Part shown: positions 58,582 through 64,000 of the stretch, piece after piece
How positions within the stretch are numbered: position 1 is the stretch's first letter
Layout of the letters: every line of letters starts with the position of its first letter
Virus record (IMG/VR): IMGVR_UViG_3300023179_000062
Location: 1 to 64,000 of that record
Strand: one strand, 5' to 3'
Length of the DNA: 64,000 nt
Source: a virus
Notes under the pieces: generated by a model
What the model was told of the DNA's origin: nothing
Database searches by the model: none
What the model saw: only the letters and a program-made list of their open reading frames with translations
Translations under genes and position numbers: made by a program

Positions 58582-59193
58582 TTAAACAAGTTTCATACTT
58601 AGCTGACTAAAATCAAAAGTAAAGGTGGATTCTGTCTCGGATGCATCACGGGTACTGACATTTATTCCGCCTATACCTGTAATAAATGCATCATAATATA
58701 TAAACTCTGCTACAGGAGCACCATATTCCGCTAAAGGAAATATTGAAATATTGGTTGAGTATGTTTTAATTCTATTTTCTGATAGTCCTTCCAATGCACC
58801 ATTTTGAATATCTAACCATTTCCATAAAATGTAATAATTATCATAATTATTATCTACTGTAAAATTACATACAATTGAGGGATAAGATGGACGACTGTTT
58901 CCAGAAAATTTAAAAGTTTGTCCCCCAAATGATGTTTCTATTTTATTAACAGAAATGTCAGGAATAACCGATCCCCATACGGAGAACCTTAATCTCTCTA
59001 GATTTCCCCCATGACATAATCTGTTTTCTTTTTGAACTAAGGGTTTTAGTGCGGGCGGCATATCCATCACCAATAGAAACTTATCCTTTCTGGATACATT
59101 GAGGACGCTCTGTTGATCAGTATAATATGATTGATTAACTGGTTCAGTAGGACAGTTATCTTCCAACACAGGAGCATTTGGTCTATTATTCAT
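58582..59193 (-). CDS. tail tube-fold protein (gp3 tail completion or gp19-like)
   Basis: V.IPDIS...G...Y......FTVD..Y.NY..L.KW...F..AF.T..G motifs. Confidence 0.75.
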   Translation of the reverse strand: MNNRPNAPVLEDNCPTEPVNQSYYTDQQSVLNVSRKDKFLLVMDMPPALKPLVQKENRLCHGGNLERLRFSVWGSVIPDISVNKIETSFGGQTFKFSGNSRPSYPSIVCNFTVDNNYDNYYILWKWLDIQNGALEGLSENRIKTYSTNISIFPLAEYGAPVAEFIYYDAFITGIGGINVSTRDASETESTFTFDFSQLSMKLV

Positions 59194-59202
59194 AATTATT
59201 AT

Positions 59203-60168
59203 TTATCTAGTGTATAATTCTAACTGTTCTATTACTGTGTTATAATATGAGTCAAATGAATCACCTATTACCCCTTTATGTTGATAATATTTCGGCATAC
59301 TGTCAATATCCATCTGTCGAACTTGTTGAGTTGCTGCGCTTTTAGATACTGTTTGTTCCTCTTCTAATCCTGAAACATCGCCTTTTTCCATATCATTAAG
59401 AGTGATAGAATATCGTTTACCTGTATATGTGGATATATTGTAACTGGTTATTCCTGCACGTTCGTCTGCATCATCATCGTACATATGCCCTTCTTGCTCC
59501 AGTGCATCGTTTATACCCCTTGCCACGTTTCTGAGAGTGATGGAATTTAATTTATGAACTTCTATATTAGTACCATGCACACGAATCCAGTTCCAATTTT
59601 TGATAGCATATTCGCGGGCATCTACTGTTGATCCATATGCAGTTAGCACTAAATCACTGGCTTTAGTCTCTGACATTTTACAGAACGTAACAAGATATTT
59701 GATTATGGCATTAGCGGGGTCATTTTCTATATCTCCCCATTCATCTCCTATCTCATCTCCTATCTCACTTATGATATTGTTTTCATGAAATTCATCTAGA
59801 TTAAAAAATGAAGCAACTTCTGCACCACATTGTTGAATAACATATGCTTCATGGTTCATATCCCCTACGTCCCCGTCCGCATATTGAGCATTACCGCTCT
59901 CATCGAACCAATACTCACCTTTAATAGGAAGTTCTTCTACTTCAGGAGTTTCGGGTGTTTCTTCGGTAGGTTCTTCTGCGGCGAATATTCTATCTTTATT
60001 TGCTTTAATGATTCGTTCAACCATATCAATATCGAACGATTTACCTCCTAATTGCGGAACACCTTTTTCATCTGTTAAAGTATAGGAACCATCATCGTTC
60101 TTTTTCTTGAAAAGAGGAACTATATTTTCTATTATAGTATGCAGGTAACTGTCGAAATATGAAGTCAT
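59203..60168 (-). CDS. hypothetical acidic protein, putative internal head protein
   Basis: Start re-called to MTSYFDSYLHTIIEN (TAAATA 5 nt upstream; removes overlap with gp17); leader motif repeated at C-terminus. Confidence 0.7.
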   Translation of the reverse strand: MTSYFDSYLHTIIENIVPLFKKKNDDGSYTLTDEKGVPQLGGKSFDIDMVERIIKANKDRIFAAEEPTEETPETPEVEELPIKGEYWFDESGNAQYADGDVGDMNHEAYVIQQCGAEVASFFNLDEFHENNIISEIGDEIGDEWGDIENDPANAIIKYLVTFCKMSETKASDLVLTAYGSTVDAREYAIKNWNWIRVHGTNIEVHKLNSITLRNVARGINDALEQEGHMYDDDADERAGITSYNISTYTGKRYSITLNDMEKGDVSGLEEEQTVSKSAATQQVRQMDIDSMPKYYQHKGVIGDSFDSYYNTVIEQLELYTR

Positions 60169-60179
60169 AGGAGTATTTA

Positions 60180-61886
60180 TTAAACGAATGTCCACCCGTT
60201 GCCTGCGTATTTAGTCATATCATGTTCTTTATAATTGAAAATACCTTTACCCATTTGGAATATAACTGGTGCGGGTGCTCCCCCTGTACATGCATAATTA
60301 GTATTACCGTCTCCCTGATTATAAAATGATATATTTGCTAATTCTTGATTAGGGTCTGCTATTCTAACAGGTTTACCTGTCTCATCATATTCAAGTACTT
60401 CTAAATATTTCTCAGCTATATCCTTCTCTAATATAATTAATGCCCATATAAGAGACATAATTCTGTCGTCATGATGTCCTTTTTTTGCTCCCCATGTTTT
60501 ATTTTCTTTACGAACAAAGGTTTCAAATTCTTTAACAGTTGACATATCATATATTTTAACAGATTCTAGGTGTTCGATGAAATATTTCATATTCATAATA
60601 CCTGTATATTTGGAATTTTGATGACAGAAAATACCGAGATTTTGATATACTCCGCGTGTATCATTTTTCATAGAATAGTGTATAATGTTCTCATATCTAT
60701 GAACTTCTGACAGTGCATCTACTACTTGTCCCCCTTCTTTATTACGTTCTATACATAAAAACGGACGACCCCATGATCGTGCAATCTGGTTCAATTTTTC
60801 TGCAAAGATATATGGTTGTAACCTATTCGATGCAAAGGTAGCACAATGTCTAATATCAGTTGGATCAGTTATATCTATAATCTGTGCAACCGAATAATCT
60901 TGTCCAACCCCTTCAGCAGCATCAACTCCAATTGAGTATACTCTATTAGCTTCTGGTTCTCTCCATACCTGATAATCTCCAAAATCATAAGTGAAATCCG
61001 CAGGACGACACATATTTTTTAGACGCTCAATAACCTCTAAATTCAATGCAGAAGTTCCATCTTCTAAGAAATGAAGGTCAAATTCTTGATTCCACATTGA
61101 CATATCATATGATATTGCTTCTAACTGTTCCTTTTTCCATGCATCATCGCGCCCCGGTATCTGATGCCAATATATTTTAACACATTCCCAATTAGATTTT
61201 TTCTTCTCAGCATTTGAGAAAATATCATAAAATTTATTTTCAGTTCCTTTAGGGGTCGAAACTATGACTAGTTTAGATTTTCTAGACGACGAAAGCGTAG
61301 GAATAATGGATTTAAAGAAGTCATCGGCAATTTCCTTACGTACGTGGGCAAACTCGTCAACAAATAACGTATTTACTGACTTTCCTCGAATAGCATCCGC
61401 AGAAGTAGTTGATACAAATATTTTAGAACCATTAGTTAATCGAAGTTGTTCTTTAGTGAAGTCTGATACGCCTGCTTTAATATAGTTAGGAATTTCTTCA
61501 TATGCTAACTTAATACGTTCTAGAATTTCCTTTGCTTGGTCTTCCTTATTAGCAAGAATTGCTACAGTATGATCTTCTGTGAATAGAGCATACCATAGGC
61601 ATACCACGGTCATTAGGGTGGATTTTCCTACCTGTCGGGATGCACATATAACAGTTCTTCTATTTTGAATAATTTTGAGAATAGCTTCTTTTTGGGGTTC
61701 ATATAACTTTATTTTCTGCCTACCTTCATCTAAATTTACAATATAGAAAAAGTTCTCTGCAAAGTATATAACATCGTCCTTGCATCTACGTAGTTCTTCA
61801 ATCTGTTCGGGGGTGTATTCAATTTCTACAGATATAGGAAGGTTTTCATTATTATTTAAAAACTTATCTGATTTCTTCTTAGCCAT
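60180..61886 (-). CDS. gp17: terminase large subunit
   Basis: LYEPQ, SRQVGKST Walker A, FVDEFA Walker B, STPKG, GVD.AEG.GQDYS and HDD motifs. Confidence 0.97.
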   Translation of the reverse strand: MAKKKSDKFLNNNENLPISVEIEYTPEQIEELRRCKDDVIYFAENFFYIVNLDEGRQKIKLYEPQKEAILKIIQNRRTVICASRQVGKSTLMTVVCLWYALFTEDHTVAILANKEDQAKEILERIKLAYEEIPNYIKAGVSDFTKEQLRLTNGSKIFVSTTSADAIRGKSVNTLFVDEFAHVRKEIADDFFKSIIPTLSSSRKSKLVIVSTPKGTENKFYDIFSNAEKKKSNWECVKIYWHQIPGRDDAWKKEQLEAISYDMSMWNQEFDLHFLEDGTSALNLEVIERLKNMCRPADFTYDFGDYQVWREPEANRVYSIGVDAAEGVGQDYSVAQIIDITDPTDIRHCATFASNRLQPYIFAEKLNQIARSWGRPFLCIERNKEGGQVVDALSEVHRYENIIHYSMKNDTRGVYQNLGIFCHQNSKYTGIMNMKYFIEHLESVKIYDMSTVKEFETFVRKENKTWGAKKGHHDDRIMSLIWALIILEKDIAEKYLEVLEYDETGKPVRIADPNQELANISFYNQGDGNTNYACTGGAPAPVIFQMGKGIFNYKEHDMTKYAGNGWTFV

Positions 61887-61949
61887 TACAATATTTATAT
61901 GTTAATATTAAAATAGAAAAATCAAACGTTTACAATAAATAATGTTTAT

Positions 61950-62723
61950 ATGGAAAACAATCTAGACCTAGTAAACATTTATGAGAATCATTATCTTAAG
62001 CCACAATCTTCTGCTGTGATTGTTGAGAAGAAAGAAGAAGCTAAGGAAGATGAGACTACTGATGCAGCCGCTGCACCTACTGTTTCTGCTACCAAGAAGA
62101 AAAAGAAGCCTTTCGATGCAGGTGCATGTTATAATGAGAAAAATTCATTCGACAACCTTTTCAATACCTTTATGGAAGAATTTGACTCTGGTGAAAATTC
62201 TTTTGATGACGACTCTAGCGACGATTCCTTTGAATTTGATGCAGGAGAAGATGACGGAATGGGTGGCGATGACGACCAAACTTTCACTCTCTCCGAACTT
62301 AAATCAATGACCCTTCAAGAAATTTGTGATCTTCTCTCTGGTGCAGGCACATCAGACGACGGAATGGGTGACGATTTCAGCTTTGATGATGGAGACGACT
62401 CAGTTCCTACTGAATCCTATGGTCAAATGGGCAACGGTAAGCACCTCGGCAATACTCAGACCCGTGATGGTAAGCCAAGCAAGCAAGCAGCTACTACTCG
62501 CGTAAAGGGTAATGGTGATGCAGATTTCTCTAAAAATGAAACAGGTTTTGCTCCTGAAGACACTGAAGGTTCCGAAGGTGGGCATCACGGTAATACCCAA
62601 ACCCGCGACGGCAAGCCAAGTAAGCAGCCATCAACCAGTCATGTAAATTCCAATGGAAATGCTAAAGTGGGTCAATCCCAACGCACAGGCTACGGTAAAA
62701 AAGAAGGTCAGAGATTATTCTAA
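61950..62723 (+). CDS. acidic, disordered protein with duplicated HxGNTQTRDGKPSKQ (prohead core-like)
   Basis: Asp/Glu-rich; leader LVNIYEN; internal repeat. Confidence 0.7.
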   Translation: MENNLDLVNIYENHYLKPQSSAVIVEKKEEAKEDETTDAAAAPTVSATKKKKKPFDAGACYNEKNSFDNLFNTFMEEFDSGENSFDDDSSDDSFEFDAGEDDGMGGDDDQTFTLSELKSMTLQEICDLLSGAGTSDDGMGDDFSFDDGDDSVPTESYGQMGNGKHLGNTQTRDGKPSKQAATTRVKGNGDADFSKNETGFAPEDTEGSEGGHHGNTQTRDGKPSKQPSTSHVNSNGNAKVGQSQRTGYGKKEGQRLF

Positions 62724-62744
62724 TACTGAAAAATAATTAAAACG

Positions 62745-62775
62745 AAAAAAGCGACATGTAAATTGTCGCTTTTTT
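62745..62775 (+). terminator. Rho-independent terminator
   Basis: AAAAAAGCGACA-tgtaaat-TGTCGCTTTTTT. Confidence 0.85.
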
Positions 62776-62799
62776 CATTTTCAATCCATAAATAAAATT

Positions 62800-63447
62800 A
62801 TGCTTTATTATGTCCCCGTCACTGTTTCAAAGACCACCTGTATAGGTAATAGTTTATCAACTATCAATATAGGGTTCACTGCGCTTGATAATAATTTACA
62901 AGCACTATCTGCATGGACCGTGAGTAGTATAAACTTTTTAAGTGCTACTATGATTTCAGTGAGTTCGACGTTACAGAATAGAATAGAGTTTTTAAGCTCT
63001 ACTATGATTGCAGTTAGCTCTAATTTACAGGCACAGGTGAACTATCTTAGTTCCACCATGATTTCGGTTAGCTCTAATCTACAGGGACAGGTAAACTTTC
63101 TAAGTTCTGGTTTGAATTATTTAAGTGCTAATATAGTGAATACTCCCGGCACACTTACGCATGCACCATCTGGTGCAATATCATGGGATGTTGCTTCAGT
63201 CGGCAGAAACGCCAATCTTATACTATCATCTAACTGTTTCATGAGAAACCCTACTAATATTGTAGCAGGACAACAAGGGAATATATCTATAATGTCTAGT
63301 GGAACTAGTGGTTATTCTATCACTTCCTTTGGTAGTAACTGGCGCTTCTCTGGTAGTACATCTATGAACGTAGCCGCAAGTGGTAGAAACCTAATCAGGT
63401 ACTACTATGACGGTACTATGATACTCAGTCAGATGCTTCAGTATTAA
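62800..63447 (+). CDS. fibre/fibritin-like virion protein with 18-aa repeats
   Basis: CIGNSL.TIN..F..LD start; [VI]N[FY]LSSTMISVSSNLQ repeated 3-4 times; beta-rich tip. Confidence 0.7.
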   Translation: MLYYVPVTVSKTTCIGNSLSTINIGFTALDNNLQALSAWTVSSINFLSATMISVSSTLQNRIEFLSSTMIAVSSNLQAQVNYLSSTMISVSSNLQGQVNFLSSGLNYLSANIVNTPGTLTHAPSGAISWDVASVGRNANLILSSNCFMRNPTNIVAGQQGNISIMSSGTSGYSITSFGSNWRFSGSTSMNVAASGRNLIRYYYDGTMILSQMLQY

Positions 63448-63778
63448 GGTGATCGTCTTTATGACGCTCAATATACTTTTTAGCGGCTTCGTATGAAGAT
63501 GTGATAAGACCGTCAATGCTTATATTTTTTGCGGCGACATCTTTACCATTATAATGTATATTCGTTAACACTATAGGATTAGTAACTATGCGATAATGTT
63601 CTTCTGCATATTCTACTAAGATAAAACAATTTTCTGAAATAGGTGTATTATTCGGTCCCATAGTTAGATATCTGGACTCGAAAATCTCTCTACGCTTCTC
63701 ATCATACATAGAGATGAACATGATTTTATCATCATCTCTATACACTATGCCATTTATGATAGGTTTTTTTGTTGACAT
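63425..63778 (-). CDS. hypothetical protein
   Basis: 117-aa ORF. Confidence 0.55.
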   Translation of the reverse strand: MSTKKPIINGIVYRDDDKIMFISMYDEKRREIFESRYLTMGPNNTPISENCFILVEYAEEHYRIVTNPIVLTNIHYNGKDVAAKNISIDGLITSSYEAAKKYIERHKDDHLNTEASD

Positions 63779-64000
63779 TATTAGGAAGTTTTGCGATTGA
63801 TGCGATTAGCTTCTACACTGCGTAATAATCTTTCAGCATCTACATATTTTTTCACACATTTATTACAAATTTGGTATTGTTTATTTGTAGTCAGATAGCA
63901 CGTATAAAACCTTCCGTGACATTTAGAGCAGGAATTGGCTGGTTTAGTTTTTAACGGAATTTGAAAAGGATCAGTTAGTTCTGTAGGAGAATCATATATC

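Larger units (their letters stand above)
4691..62794. promoter_or_regulatory. T4-type late promoters (TAAATA/TATAAATA) before more than 30 genes on both strands
   Basis: e.g. 21880, 31018, 33288, 42855, 44428, 49728, 50662, 61936, 62789 (+) and upstream of 10715, 11694, 13812, 17386, 18383, 21338, 40628, 42838, 58540, 61886 (-); resembles the T4 gp55 consensus TATAAATA. Confidence 0.8.

Noticed and set aside
60169-60195. Track start of the 330-aa ORF at 60195
   Set aside because: It overlaps gp17; the ATG at 60168 has a TAAATA box and the leader motif.
1-64000. Stop-codon reassignment, tRNA or rRNA genes
   Set aside because: Core genes are full length in the standard code; no cloverleaf or T-loop signature was recognised by eye (tRNAscan-SE would settle it).

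Overview
This 64-kb window comes from a large, AT-rich T4-like myovirus (Tevenvirinae/Kyanoviridae-type core genes; host unknown, probably Gram-negative given a lipobox protein and TTGACA/TATAAT promoters). It has four parts. (1) 1-4400: an early or host-takeover region with about 11 tandem sigma70-type promoters, micro-ORFs, a DUF932-like gene and several candidate non-coding RNAs, including three 'promoter + ~40 nt variable + AATTCTAAGGGAACCT' units. (2) ~4380-4700: an AT-rich repeat region at a C-rich to G-rich strand switch (candidate origin or genome junction). (3) 4.7-21.9 kb: late genes for enzymes and unknowns (kinase, gp88-like Fe-S protein, ART-like, GNAT-like, Nudix), most sharing an N-terminal M-x-F-x-x-[FLY]-[FY]...E leader like the T4 capsid-targeting sequence; one 1082-aa protein repeats the leader internally, like a polyprotein. 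(4) 18-63.5 kb: scrambled morphogenesis genes (gp25, gp6, portal gp20, gp13, gp15, gp14, gp21, gp22, gp23, gp16, gp18, gp3/19-like, gp17, fibres), a GIY-YIG homing endonuclease and small early-type islands (RNA ligase, phosphatases, deoxyribosyltransferase-like). Most genes have their own TAAATA late promoter or sigma70 -10 box only 5-11 nt before the start codon and no Shine-Dalgarno sequence, which suggests near-universal leaderless translation. The best candidate for a new system is a ~20-member set of head-packaged, protease-processed effector proteins. All assignments come from motif recognition by eye; no database searches were run. No tRNA, rRNA or CRISPR array was seen.
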